From a bacterium (lineage in GTDB: Bacteria > Patescibacteriota > CPR2 > UBA1875 > JAJYID01), in contig JAJYLR010000003.1 in NCBI GenBank assembly GCA_021787535.1, forward strand, positions 56-64,055: a DNA stretch of 64,000 bases, in the 5' to 3' direction. The notes beneath the pieces are model-generated. The model was given only the letters and a program-made list of their open reading frames with translations, was not told where the DNA came from and ran no database searches. A program made the position numbers and the translations under genes. Of the stretch, positions 18,730 to 28,172 are shown one piece after another (position 1 is the stretch's first letter; the number at the start of each line of letters is the position of its first letter).

Positions 18730-19412
18730 AGTTTGAACTAAAAAGGTACAATAAAGGTCCTAGAAAAGATTATCGCAATATAACTAATGAGGAGCTGATT
18801 ACTGATTTGCGGGATGTCGCTAATAGGTTACAGAAAGAGTCAGTCACTCATGGAGAATACGACCAGAATGGCAGATTTAATAGTCATATTTTTGGTAGAA
18901 GGTTTGGAGGTTGGTTGAACGCACTTGAAGAAGCTGGTCTTCAAAAAACAAGAAATTATCAAATAGCTGATGAGGAAGCATTTCAAAATTTAGAGAATGT
19001 TTGGATGAAACTGGGGCGACAACCTAGGCGCGAAGATTTACATAGACCACTTTCAAAGTATAGCGGAGCATTCTATGAATATCGATTTGGTGCATGGAGC
19101 AAGGCGCTGGAAAAGTTTATTAATTATATTAACAAGGCAGAACTCAGTACATTAGAGAGATCCGAAAATACAACAAGTAATCCGAGTATTCAACATAAAA
19201 CAAATAGGAATATAAATTTGCAGTTACGTTTTATTGTCATGAAAAGAGATAATTTTAAATGTCAAAAATGTGGTCGATCGCCAGCAACTGACTCGAGCAT
19301 AATTCTACATGTTGATCATAAAAAAGCATGGGCGAATGGTGGTGAAACAGTATTGGAAAACTTGCAGACACTTTGTTCGAAGTGCAACATAGGTAAAAGC
19401 GATTTGGAGTAA
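18726..19412 (+). CDS. Free-standing HNH endonuclease with two homing-endonuclease-associated repeats
   Basis: C-terminal HNH signature: CQKCG...LHVDHKKAWANGGETVLENLQTLCSKCN. N-terminal repeats read RFGGWLNALEEAGL and YRFGAWSKALEKF. ATGA overlap with the grpE stop. Confidence 0.75.
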   Translation: MKFELKRYNKGPRKDYRNITNEELITDLRDVANRLQKESVTHGEYDQNGRFNSHIFGRRFGGWLNALEEAGLQKTRNYQIADEEAFQNLENVWMKLGRQPRREDLHRPLSKYSGAFYEYRFGAWSKALEKFINYINKAELSTLERSENTTSNPSIQHKTNRNINLQLRFIVMKRDNFKCQKCGRSPATDSSIILHVDHKKAWANGGETVLENLQTLCSKCNIGKSDLE

Positions 19413-19446
19413 TTAAAAACGTTAAGGTTAAAGAAGGAGAAATAAA

Positions 19447-19593
19447 ATGGGGAATGAATCAGATTATACATGTGGAAATTGTGGGAGGAATTATCAAATC
19501 AACACAGAGGGTGAACGGATTCAGCCATGCCCTTATTGTGGTGCAAATGAAATGGTAAAGACATTGGAAGGTAAAGTTATTAAGAAAAAATAA
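19447..19593 (+). CDS. 48-aa zinc-ribbon protein (CGNC...CPYC)
   Basis: MGNESDYTCGNCGRNYQINTEGERIQPCPYCGANEMVKTLEGKVIKKK. Its RBS/start GGAGAAATAAAATGGG repeats the dnaK start context. The track missed it because it is shorter than 60 aa. Confidence 0.4.
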   Translation: MGNESDYTCGNCGRNYQINTEGERIQPCPYCGANEMVKTLEGKVIKKK

Positions 19594-19614
19594 TTAAGAA
19601 AGGGGAGAAATAAA

Positions 19615-21567
19615 ATGGGAAAAATTATCGGAATTGACCTTGGTACAACCAACTCAGCCATGGCGGTGATGGAAGGCGGAAAGGCCACCATTATCCCGAA
19701 CGCTGAAGGCGGAAGGACCACACCGTCCATCGTGGCGATGACCAAGGACGGCGCCACGAACCAGACGGTTCATGGCGGCGAGAGGCTAGTCGGACAAGCG
19801 GCCAAAAGGCAAGCAGTTATAAATCATGAGAATACAATCTTCTCAGTGAAGCGTCTGATCGGGCGAAAGTTTGACGATGCGGAGGTGAAGCGCGACATCG
19901 AGCTCATGCCGTACAAAATTGAAAAAGGAAACGGTGGAGTGAAGGTGAAGATGGGCGATAAGGATTACTCACCGGCTGAGATTTCGGCAATGATTTTACA
20001 GAAGCTGAAGGCTGATGCGGAAAGCTATCTGGGCGGTAGCGTGACTGAAGCGGTTATCACCGTGCCGGCCTACTTCAACGACTCACAAAGACAGGCCACC
20101 AAAGATGCAGGAAAGATTGCGGGCTTGGAAGTAAAGAGAATCATCAACGAACCGACCGCAGCCGCGCTGGCTTACGGATTAGACAAAAAGAAGGAAGAGA
20201 AGGTTGCCGTTTATGACCTTGGCGGAGGTACGTTTGACATCTCTATCCTTGAGCTTGGTGATGGCGTCTTTGAAGTAAAGTCAACCAATGGTGACACTCA
20301 TCTTGGCGGTGACGACTTCGACCAGCACTTGATCGATGAGCTGGCTGAAGAGTTTAAGAAAGACCAAGGCGTTGATCTGAAGAAAGATACAGCTGCGCTA
20401 CAGAGACTTAAAGAAGCAGCCGAGAAGGCGAAAATTGAGCTTTCTTCTGCCATGGAGACGGAGATTAACATCCCGTTTATTACGGCTGACGCATCCGGTC
20501 CTAAGCATTTGACCATGAAGTTAAGCCGGGCAAAGTTCGAGTCCATCGTTGGCGAACTAGTCGACAAGACATTAAAGCCGGTTGAAAAGGCTTTGAAGGA
20601 TGCCGGAATTAAAAAGGAAGATGTGAACGAGGTGATCCTGGTCGGCGGTATGACGAGAATGCCGCTGGTGCAGAAGAAGGTGAAGGAGTACTTCGGCAAA
20701 GATCCGCTGAAAGGCGTGAATCCTGACGAGGTGGTGGCGATCGGCGCTGCTATCCAGGGTGGTGTGCTTGGCGGAGAGGTGAAGGATGTTCTTCTTCTCG
20801 ATGTCACTCCACTTTCACTTGGTATCGAGACTCTTGGCGGTGTTTCCACCAGATTAATCGAGAGAAATACGACTATTCCGACGAGCGCTTCGCAGGTGTT
20901 CTCAACGGCGGCTGACAATCAGACTTCTGTAGAGATTAACGTGCTGCAGGGTGAGCGTGAATTTGCCAAAGACAACAAATCGCTTGGACGATTTATACTT
21001 GATGGTATTCCACCGGCACCTCGAGGCATTCCTCAGGTTGAGGTAACCTTTGATATCGATGCCAACGGTATCGTCAATGTTTCTGCTAAGGATAAGGCAA
21101 GCGGGAAATCGCAGCACATAACCATCCAATCTTCATCCGGACTTTCAGAGGAAGAGATCGAGAAGATGAGAAAAGACGCTGAGGCGCATGCCGAGGAAGA
21201 TAAGAAGCAGAAAGAGCTGGTTGAGATCCGAAATATGGCTGACTCCTTAATTTACACTTCGGAAAAGACCGTCAAAGATGCCGGAGACAAGGCAACAGAC
21301 GAGGAGAAGAAGGATGTCGAGGATAAGATTAAAGAGCTTCGTGAAGTGAAGGATAAGGATGACAAGGATGCGATTCAGAAAGCCTATGATGAACTGTCTG
21401 AGGTCATTCAAAAGATTGGTGCAAAGATGTACGAATCTCAAGCCGGCGCTGAAGGCGGTGAATCTACCGAAGAACCAAAGAAAGACGAAGGACCAGTTGA
21501 GGGTGAGGTTGTAGACGAAGATAAGAAAGATCCTTCATCAGATTCAGGACAAGCTGAAGAGAAATAA
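19615..21567 (+). CDS. dnaK: Chaperone DnaK (Hsp70)
   Basis: [18 protein letters not shown] and the canonical substrate-binding domain. Acidic C-terminal tail. Confidence 0.95.
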   Translation: MGKIIGIDLGTTNSAMAVMEGGKATIIPNAEGGRTTPSIVAMTKDGATNQTVHGGERLVGQAAKRQAVINHENTIFSVKRLIGRKFDDAEVKRDIELMPYKIEKGNGGVKVKMGDKDYSPAEISAMILQKLKADAESYLGGSVTEAVITVPAYFNDSQRQATKDAGKIAGLEVKRIINEPTAAALAYGLDKKKEEKVAVYDLGGGTFDISILELGDGVFEVKSTNGDTHLGGDDFDQHLIDELAEEFKKDQGVDLKKDTAALQRLKEAAEKAKIELSSAMETEINIPFITADASGPKHLTMKLSRAKFESIVGELVDKTLKPVEKALKDAGIKKEDVNEVILVGGMTRMPLVQKKVKEYFGKDPLKGVNPDEVVAIGAAIQGGVLGGEVKDVLLLDVTPLSLGIETLGGVSTRLIERNTTIPTSASQVFSTAADNQTSVEINVLQGEREFAKDNKSLGRFILDGIPPAPRGIPQVEVTFDIDANGIVNVSAKDKASGKSQHITIQSSSGLSEEEIEKMRKDAEAHAEEDKKQKELVEIRNMADSLIYTSEKTVKDAGDKATDEEKKDVEDKIKELREVKDKDDKDAIQKAYDELSEVIQKIGAKMYESQAGAEGGESTEEPKKDEGPVEGEVVDEDKKDPSSDSGQAEEK

Positions 21568-21575
21568 TTCCACTT

Positions 21576-21671
21576 TGTCATCCTCGGACTTGATCCGGGG
21601 ATCCAGACAGTCAGTGGGAAATTGACTGGATCCCCGCCTTCGCGGGAATGACAAAAAGAAGGGGAATGACA
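21576..21671. repeat. Repeat element with nested palindromes (TGTCATCC...CGCGGGAATGACA, GGGGAATGACA)
   Basis: CCGGGGATCC...GGATCCCCG long stem. Two GAATGACA ends. Lies immediately after the dnaK stop. Confidence 0.55.
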
Positions 21672-21824
21672 AATGTAAGTGAATTATTAATTCATTGATC
21701 CGACCAGGGCTCGGAAAGTGATTTCCGGGCCTCATCGGGTTAAGAGCCTGTACATTTTAGCTAAATAGTGGTAAAATTTATGCCACGAAAACCAAAAAAT
21801 TCGAGTACCTGAGGAGGTGTAGCC

Positions 21825-22247
21825 TTGACAGAACTAACGGAAGAACTAAATCAGCTAATGGCAGCTGAAACGATGGCGAATGATCTCTCACGTAAGTTTG
21901 TTAAAGTCATTCGCGGCTTATCTCCGGAAGAATTTTGGGAATTTTTGAAAGACACGAAAGTTCCTATTATCAGAGATATGCCTGAGGGTGTCATAAGAAT
22001 CTTGGTGGTCAGGTTGCGAGATCCGGACATTGTCGCCTTTGAAGACTCTGTCTCTACTTGCAGGAGCAAGATTGCAAAGATCGAAAAGATACACCGTGAC
22101 TTTGTCACCTCTTCACTAGCTACCCTCTCTGATATTGAGAAGGAGAGTCTGGCAAGAAGGCTGGATCCAACTCTTGTTCCGCGAGAAGAAAGATCCTGCG
22201 GGACAGGTTCCTCTGGTTGGGGTGGCGGAGGCGGAGGCGGTAAGTAA
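21825..22247 (+). CDS. Hypothetical protein with C-terminal poly-Gly tail
   Basis: TTG start after GAGGAGG. Ends ...SSGWGGGGGGGK. GC-rich. Confidence 0.4.
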   Translation: MTELTEELNQLMAAETMANDLSRKFVKVIRGLSPEEFWEFLKDTKVPIIRDMPEGVIRILVVRLRDPDIVAFEDSVSTCRSKIAKIEKIHRDFVTSSLATLSDIEKESLARRLDPTLVPREERSCGTGSSGWGGGGGGGK

Positions 22248-22283
22248 GTTCAGTCACAAAAATCACCGAGGAGGTGACCACAT

Positions 22284-22890
22284 GAAAGATAGATTCTCCG
22301 GCGTGGTGCACGGCATAACCCGAGTAGTATTGACCGCTCCGCTGCGCAGGCTCTGGGGCTGCCATGTCATTGGCGCGGAAAATCTTCCAGCGCAGGGCCC
22401 AGCGATATTTGCATCGAACCATGCGAGTTATCTGGACCCCATGATTCTCGGAATCAGCTATGCAGGCAACATTCGCTGGATGGCGAAAGCCGAGCTCTGG
22501 AAGATACCGGTTTTCAGGTGGCTTATCGAAAAGCTGGGGGCATTTCCGGTCAGGCGCGGCAAGCCTGATAGGGCGGCCCTTCGGCAGGCACGCGAACTGC
22601 TTGTCGGGAAAAAGGTCCTCGGGATGTTTCCCCAAGGCACGCGGATTAAGGGGGAAGACCTCGGCGAAGCTTTTCCGGGAGTCGGTATGATTGCCTTGTC
22701 CGAGGATATCCCAGTGATTCCTATTCGGGTGAGAGGCCATAATCAGGTTTTCCGGCGGGGGATACCACGCTTTCCGGCGATAACAATCACTGTCGGTGAA
22801 CCGATAGATCTCGAGATCAAAGGGATGAGGCGGAGTGAGGCAGCTAAGGAGGCGGCCAACCGTATCATGGCAGCAATCAAGGCTTTATGA
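22284..22890 (+). CDS. Lysophospholipid (1-acyl-glycerol-3-phosphate) acyltransferase family protein
   Basis: HX4D motif FASNHASYLDP, a PVRRG-type motif FPVRRGKPDR, and FPQGTR. ATG at 22284 follows GAGGAGGTGA. The track ORF starts earlier, at 22135. Confidence 0.7.
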
Positions 22891-22907
22891 CTCGGGAGGT
22901 GACGGAG

Positions 22908-23054
22908 ATGGAACCAGGAACGGGTACGGCTGTAGGTTTCCTGATGGCTGCTCTGCTAATTGCGGTATTGGTCATTGCAATGATCGCAGATGATAACGAT
23001 ACCGCAGGGAATAACGTTTACCCACAGGTTGCAAAGACAATCAGCCAACCCTAA
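22908..23054 (+). CDS. Small single-TM peptide (hypothetical)
   Basis: 48 aa. RBS GGGAGGTGA. Hydrophobic core AVGFLMAALLIAVLVIAMIA. Confidence 0.25.
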   Translation: MEPGTGTAVGFLMAALLIAVLVIAMIADDNDTAGNNVYPQVAKTISQP

Positions 23055-23070
23055 CACAGGAGGACAGCGT

Positions 23071-23253
23071 ATGCACAAAGGCACTTATGAGAAGCCAGCT
23101 CTTGTTCAGGAAGGTGATCTCAAACGCATCACTGGTACGGATGCGGGTTGGCAGAGCAGTATTGCGACTGCCCACAATACCAAGAAGCATGAGTGCCATT
23201 GTGGTGATGGCGCCCATGGGTGTGGCTGTAGTCACGATCACGACGCCGCCTAG
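23071..23253 (+). CDS. Small Cys/His-rich protein (HECHCGDGAHGCGCSHDHD), putative metal-binding
   Basis: ATG at 23071 after GGAGG. 60 aa ending in a dense C/H cluster. Confidence 0.35.
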   Translation: MHKGTYEKPALVQEGDLKRITGTDAGWQSSIATAHNTKKHECHCGDGAHGCGCSHDHDAA

Positions 23254-23365
23254 AAGGAATGGCGGGGGTGTAAGGATTTGCAAAAGGGCAGGGCGTTCGC
23301 GCCCCGCCCATTCAATTTAAGAGACAATTTAGATAGAAATTTGGTATAATTTTTATATAGATTCC

Positions 23366-23384
23366 TGTTTTCACGGGAATGACA
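23366..23384. repeat. 3'-end fragment of the repeat (TTCACGGGAATGACA), 11 nt before the dnaJ start
   Basis: Matches CTTCGCGGGAATGACA at 21640-21653. Confidence 0.4.
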
Positions 23385-23395
23385 GAAAGAGGAAT

Positions 23396-24514
23396 ATGGC
23401 AAGTAAAGATTATTATGAAATACTAGGCGTCAAGAAGGATGCCGGAGTGGACGAAATCAAGAAGGCTTATCGCAAGCTGGCTTTAAAGTATCATCCGGAT
23501 AAAGGCGGCGGAGCCGAAGCTGAGTCGAAATTTAAAGAGATTAACGAGGCCTACCAGATTCTTTCCGACCCCGAGAAGCGCCAGGCGTATGATCAGTTTG
23601 GTTCCACCCAGCCGGGTGGTGGGTTTAATTGGCAGCAGTACCAGCAGCAGGCCGGGCAAGGTTATGACGGTGGTTTTGAAGGGTTCGACTTTTCGGATCT
23701 TGGAGGATTTGGCGATATATTTGAAACATTTTTCGGCGGTGGCGGAGGCAGGTCTCGCGCGCGAAAAGGCGCTGACCTCGAAACCGTCATTACTGTAGAT
23801 TTCAAAGAGGCGGTTTTCGGTGCGGAAACTTTCATCAAGCTAAACAAACATTTTGAGTGCGAAAAGTGCGGCGGGTCAGGCGCAGAAAAAGGCACGGAAA
23901 TGGTGGAGTGCAAGGTTTGCCATGGCGCCGGCAAGACCCAGACGGCCAGGCGTACAATTCTCGGCACGTTTGCCCAAACTGCCATCTGCGAGGAGTGCCA
24001 AGGGCAGGGTAAGGTGCCAAAAGTCGCCTGCTCGGTCTGCAAGGGTAAGGGAATTGTTAAAACTGAAAAAGAGGTTAAGATCAAAATCCCGGCCGGTGTT
24101 GACGATGGGCAAACTATCCGGCTCTCAGGATTGGGCGAGGCCATGAAGGGCGGTGCAACCGGCGATCTCTATGTCCACATCCGGGTGCGGCCGAATGATA
24201 AGATTAAACGAGAAGGATACAATCTCATGAATACGGCCGTCATTTCATTTGCCGAAGCGGCCATGGGCACGGTCATCGAAGTGCCGACCATTGATGGTAA
24301 TGTAAAACTGAAGATTCCGGCAGGCACCCAAAGTGAAAAGGTCTTTAAATTATCTAGCCGCGGTGTGCCGCATCTTGGTGGAGGTAAGCGTGGTGATCAT
24401 CTGGTGACCATCAAAGTTCGCGTGCCGGAAAAATTAACGAAGAAACAAAAAGAACTCTTGGAAGAATTTCAGAAAGAAGAGGGTAAAGAAAAGCCCAAAT
24501 TCTGGCCGTTCTAA
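23396..24514 (+). CDS. dnaJ: Chaperone DnaJ
   Basis: J-domain with HPD (KYHPDKG), a G/F region, and four CxxCxGxG zinc-finger repeats. Confidence 0.95.
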   Translation: MASKDYYEILGVKKDAGVDEIKKAYRKLALKYHPDKGGGAEAESKFKEINEAYQILSDPEKRQAYDQFGSTQPGGGFNWQQYQQQAGQGYDGGFEGFDFSDLGGFGDIFETFFGGGGGRSRARKGADLETVITVDFKEAVFGAETFIKLNKHFECEKCGGSGAEKGTEMVECKVCHGAGKTQTARRTILGTFAQTAICEECQGQGKVPKVACSVCKGKGIVKTEKEVKIKIPAGVDDGQTIRLSGLGEAMKGGATGDLYVHIRVRPNDKIKREGYNLMNTAVISFAEAAMGTVIEVPTIDGNVKLKIPAGTQSEKVFKLSSRGVPHLGGGKRGDHLVTIKVRVPEKLTKKQKELLEEFQKEEGKEKPKFWPF

Positions 24515-25284
24515 TTATCTTTTCTCTCAACCTGATCGCTCTGCCAAACTAGATTGAATATGGCCCCTAAAGCGCCTGCGAGATATGGATTTTCGATTAA
24601 GGTCCCGTTGATGTTTCCCTTGAAGGAAATAAAGGAAACTTTCTCGGCATAAATATATATTTGGGTATATATGCCGAAAAGATCATTTGGCACGTAAGCT
24701 CTGTCTTTGTAATATATCCGATCTTTTAGGTTCTGAGCTTTAGTTAAGTTGGCAGGGGAAATAATACGAGTTTTTATGTCCGCACTTGCCCGTCTTTTTG
24801 CTTCTTCAGCGAGAAAGTCGTCGACCTTTTTCTTATTTTCAACAGATCTAAAAATTAGAAGTTCTTTTGGCTTTTCTCTTACGATATCGTCGAATAGCTT
24901 TTTTATGCCTTTTCGCCCTTCATAATGAGAAATGCCCGGTTTATTATTTATAAGATTATAGTCAGATATCATATCCGGAAGCATGTTCTCTATAATCTGC
25001 GTATTCTCGAGAGACTCTTTCTCTTTTTTCTCAGCATAGCTTAGAAGTTTCTGCGGATGGCTAATGCGATATGTCAATTTTTTCTTCCTGCTTATGCGTT
25101 CGATTAAGTCTTTTTCCTCGAGCTTATTTAAGACTGAATATGTGTTTGTTCTTGTAAGTTTAGACTTTTTTGCTATATCACTGGCTATAAGCGGCTCGCT
25201 GGCCAAAAGAATTTCGTAAACTCTGGTTTCGCTAGAGGTTAATCCGAGTTTTTCAAGGACTGCTTTTTTCATAATTTCCTCCAA
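24511..25284 (-). CDS. TrmB-family transcriptional regulator
   Basis: N-terminal wHTH: [46 protein letters not shown]. Confidence 0.55.
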   Translation of the reverse strand: MEEIMKKAVLEKLGLTSSETRVYEILLASEPLIASDIAKKSKLTRTNTYSVLNKLEEKDLIERISRKKKLTYRISHPQKLLSYAEKKEKESLENTQIIENMLPDMISDYNLINNKPGISHYEGRKGIKKLFDDIVREKPKELLIFRSVENKKKVDDFLAEEAKRRASADIKTRIISPANLTKAQNLKDRIYYKDRAYVPNDLFGIYTQIYIYAEKVSFISFKGNINGTLIENPYLAGALGAIFNLVWQSDQVERKDN

Positions 25285-25403
25285 GGTTATTAATAATTCT
25301 TATTCTAAATTATGTTATTTATAATGTCAATATGATAATGACATTATATATTGAATCTTCATATCTATACTAAAATATTGTTTCACACAGTGTCTTTATA
25401 CTA

Positions 25404-25432
25404 TTGACACTTCTATAGAACAGTTGTACTAT
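25404..25432 (+). promoter_or_regulatory. Sigma70-type promoter (TTGACA-17-TACTAT)
   Basis: TTGACA at 25404-25409 and TACTAT at 25427-25432, ahead of a GC-rich two-gene cassette. Confidence 0.45.
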
Positions 25433-25554
25433 ATGTCTCGCGATAGGGTGAGTCGGGTACATTGAGAGAAAAATGGCTGCGGTTTGGGGCAAGATATATC
25501 CCCCAGACTGCAGCCATCCGGTTGCAGCAAAGACAACCGAAAGGAGAAGAAGAA

Positions 25555-25959
25555 ATGAGAGTATTTGGATGGATCGTTGCGGGATTCCTTGGAATCTTAG
25601 CGGTCATTACACTGGCAACGGCAATCACCTGGTACGCAACAGGTGGGCAGTATCTGATCATCAGATTCTGGGCGCCAAGAATGGCTGCTGTTGAGCGCCA
25701 GATCTTCGTCCAGACGCCTTCCTATGTCCAGGGGATGCAGCAGGAGCTTGACTCCTATCATCTGGACTATCTGAAGGCGCAGTCGAAAGGCGACACCGGC
25801 CATATGGATGCGATTGCCGATATCGTCCTGCATCGCGCAGACGAGATCGATAACAGTCTGCTGTCGGATGATCTTCAGAGCTGGATTCAGCATCTGAAGG
25901 CCGAAAGAGAGGCGAAGGCGATGGGATCCGAAACAAAGACAAGTACCACTGGTTACTAG
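25555..25959 (+). CDS. Hypothetical membrane-anchored protein (GC-rich)
   Basis: ATG at 25555 after AAAGGAGAAGAAGAA. N-terminal TM VFGWIVAGFLGILAVITLATAI. The track ORF starts at 25462. Confidence 0.4.
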   Translation: MRVFGWIVAGFLGILAVITLATAITWYATGGQYLIIRFWAPRMAAVERQIFVQTPSYVQGMQQELDSYHLDYLKAQSKGDTGHMDAIADIVLHRADEIDNSLLSDDLQSWIQHLKAEREAKAMGSETKTSTTGY

Positions 25960-25986
25960 ATACACCAAAAACAAGGAGGAATTACC

Positions 25987-26520
25987 ATGAAAAAGTGGTT
26001 TATTGCACTAGCGATCGTGGTTTTCGCCGGTGTAACCCTGATAGCCGCCGGCTGCAACGACGCACCGAAGACTGCGGACAGCGCCCAGCGCGATCGGCAG
26101 GAAAAGCTTCAGTCTGATGAAGCAAACCAGGTCGGCATGCCGGATATCAAGAACTTCAGGGAAGCGAAGATCCTGAAGGATCTCTACGAGAAGCGCGACC
26201 AGATGGACCTCGCGACCTACACCTACGTTTACAACGAGATGAGCGGGAAGTTCGTCTTCCTTGGCGAAAGCGTGGGGTACGGTATTCCTTACTCGACCCA
26301 GTTCAGCAATCCAGATAAGGTTGAGTATCATGGCGATCAGGGTGCTGGCAACGTTGTAATACCTCAAGCTGAACCGAACGGTCTCTTCACCCCCAGTTCC
26401 ACCGAAGGAACTTGGGTCATGTTGAAGGATCCGAACGGCTCAGGTGTCACACCGGTCTACGTCGAACCTCGCGTTCTCGTTTCGCAGTTCAAACTGCCAG
26501 ACAGCATCGTGCAACACTAA
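25987..26520 (+). CDS. Lipoprotein (hypothetical, GC-rich)
   Basis: Signal peptide with lipobox LIAAGC. RBS AAGGAGGAAT. Confidence 0.5.
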   Translation: MKKWFIALAIVVFAGVTLIAAGCNDAPKTADSAQRDRQEKLQSDEANQVGMPDIKNFREAKILKDLYEKRDQMDLATYTYVYNEMSGKFVFLGESVGYGIPYSTQFSNPDKVEYHGDQGAGNVVIPQAEPNGLFTPSSTEGTWVMLKDPNGSGVTPVYVEPRVLVSQFKLPDSIVQH

Positions 26521-26547
26521 CAGGACTGAGCAGGCCTACTGCTCAAT

Positions 26548-26578
26548 GCCCCGGAACTATGTTTCGGGGCCTTTCTTA
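26548..26578 (+). terminator. Intrinsic terminator after the lipoprotein gene
   Basis: GCCCCGGAA-ctatg-TTTCGGGGC followed by a T-run. Confidence 0.5.
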
Positions 26579-26602
26579 TAAAATGCCCAGAAGACATTTC
26601 GT

Positions 26603-26628
26603 TTCTGGTGGGTCGGCTGGGATTCGAA
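26603..26628 (-). repeat. 26-nt duplicate of the tRNA-Lys 3' end (T-arm + acceptor + CCAGAA)
   Basis: TTCTGGTGGGTCGGCTGGGATTCGAA is identical to 26707-26732, 104 bp away. Confidence 0.7.
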
Positions 26629-26676
26629 GCGGCTCGCCGCATTCGGCTTAACTGGGTTCTCACCAAGCACTCCACC

Positions 26677-26701
26677 AAAATAAAAACTCCACTTCGTGGA
26701 G
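26677..26701 (-). terminator. Intrinsic terminator downstream of tRNA-Lys
   Basis: Minus strand reads CTCCACGAAGTGGAG followed by TTTTTATTTT. Confidence 0.5.
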
Positions 26702-26709
26702 ATTTATTC

Positions 26710-26785
26710 TGGTGGGTCGGCTGGGATTCGAACCCAGGACATCCTGCTTAAAAGGCAGGCGCTCTACCAACTGAGCTACCGACCC
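26710..26785 (-). tRNA. tRNA-Lys (anticodon TTT)
   Basis: Reverse complement is GGGTCGGTAGCTCAGTTGGTAGAGCGCCTGCCTTTTAAGCAGG...GGTTCGAATCCCAGCCGACCCACCA, a cloverleaf with CCA encoded. Confidence 0.85.
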
Positions 26786-26801
26786 GAATTGTACTTGAAA
26801 A

Positions 26802-26825
26802 GATTCTGGACAAGCCAGAATGACG
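26802..26825. repeat. Repeat unit GATTCTGGACAAGCCAGAATGAC
   Basis: Identical to the unit at 17171-17195. Confidence 0.55.
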
Positions 26826-26934
26826 CTGAAATAACTATGATATTTTAGCAGATTTAAGGCGAAGGGTCAATCAAATCAAGGGTTTTTTTCTGTCATTTGA
26901 CAAGCACTTTCAAAAAAGCCATAATACTTATATT

Positions 26935-27432
26935 ATGCGAGCGAGGGTGTTAAACAAAAGAAAAGAAGGTTTCACTCTAATTGAAGTTGTAGTGGTAATG
27001 GCTATTATTGCAGTTCTTGCGGTATTGGTTATTGGCGCCATAACTGTGGCAAAAAATACAGCCATAGAAACACAAAACAGAACTAATGCCCATATCTTAC
27101 AATCGTCATTTGAGGCGTATTATGCAAAGTATAAAACCTGGCCTACCTTCAATAGCAACACCTGTCCAGGTGATTATTACTGCTCCTTTAGAGATTTAGC
27201 TAATGATGGCACGGCCGGTTCAGGTTCATATACGAGCCAAAACTGGACTCCTCCCAAAATCCAGCCCTCATGTTCCGGTACTGGTAATAAATGGGCGGGG
27301 ACTTTTTCTGATGATGATGGCGGTCTTGTCACTTCTTCATCTTCTGGCGGTTATACTATATATATGGCTAACTATAATTGCAGCACTGGCATTGCTTCTA
27401 ATTTTAATGATGATGTTATCCAAGGGCAATAA
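26935..27432 (+). CDS. Type IV pilin-like protein (prepilin N-terminal methylation domain)
   Basis: KRKEGFTLIEVVVVMAIIAVLAVLVIGAI. Confidence 0.6.
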   Translation: MRARVLNKRKEGFTLIEVVVVMAIIAVLAVLVIGAITVAKNTAIETQNRTNAHILQSSFEAYYAKYKTWPTFNSNTCPGDYYCSFRDLANDGTAGSGSYTSQNWTPPKIQPSCSGTGNKWAGTFSDDDGGLVTSSSSGGYTIYMANYNCSTGIASNFNDDVIQGQ

Positions 27433-27464
27433 AAATTTATCTAAATTTTCAAGTTTATCTCGAC

Positions 27465-27953
27465 CTATTTAGAAACCTTGCCTTTTACAAAATCGGCTAC
27501 GAAGAGAAAGCCGATTGGTGCCACTATCCAGACTAGCTTTAACTGGTCTATTTTTGTGATGAGAACTGATTTAGCAAGCAAATCCACCTTTGCTCCCGGA
27601 TCGAGGAAGGATAAAATTGCCGTTGCCATAAAGCCGGCAGCTAGAAGACCGTAGATTATTCCGATAACTAAAGATCCGTCATCTCCTCCTTTACCGCTCA
27701 GTTCGGTTTTGGCGTTCAAAATGATAATTGTAGCGAAAAAGAGAGCGACTTTAACCAAAAATAACGAGAAATTTTGTGTATGGGCGAAATGTTTTGCTTC
27801 ATCAAATGCAAGTGATCCAAGCTCCGTGGCAACAACATAGCCCATAAAAGATCCCATGAGAATGCCAAGCGCTTTTCCGCGCCCCAGAAGAGCGCCGACA
27901 GCACCCAACGCTGCGAAAAACACGATTGTAAACAAGTCCCAGGATAATGTCAT
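27465..27953 (-). CDS. CvpA-like membrane protein (putative)
   Basis: Four TM segments in a 162-aa protein. Resemblance to CvpA is weak. Confidence 0.35.
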   Translation of the reverse strand: MTLSWDLFTIVFFAALGAVGALLGRGKALGILMGSFMGYVVATELGSLAFDEAKHFAHTQNFSLFLVKVALFFATIIILNAKTELSGKGGDDGSLVIGIIYGLLAAGFMATAILSFLDPGAKVDLLAKSVLITKIDQLKLVWIVAPIGFLFVADFVKGKVSK

Positions 27954-28172
27954 GTATTCCCTCCAGTCTTAGAGTATAAACAATTTTATTATAGGTAGAA
28001 GGGATGATCAGTGTAAAGGGGATTTTATAAATGACTAATTAAGAATTTCTAATGTCTAATCAATAACCAATGAGCTAATTTTAAATTTTGCTAACAAGGA
28101 CTGTCCTTGAAAGACAGTCCTGAAGAACAATCATTTTGTACTTTACACTTCTTCTATTACAATAAATACATT

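Noticed and set aside
20298-20918. Antisense ORFs inside dnaK (206 aa) and similar antisense ORFs in pilB, dnaJ, mntH and the MFS gene
   Set aside because: These are Ser/Pro-rich translations of the opposite strand of strongly supported genes. They are typical shadow ORFs.
26626-26706. Interpreting the 82 bp between the tRNA-Lys 3' end and its 26-nt duplicate as an intact integrated element
   Set aside because: It is far too small to encode anything. It contains only the tRNA terminator. It is treated as a scar or remnant.
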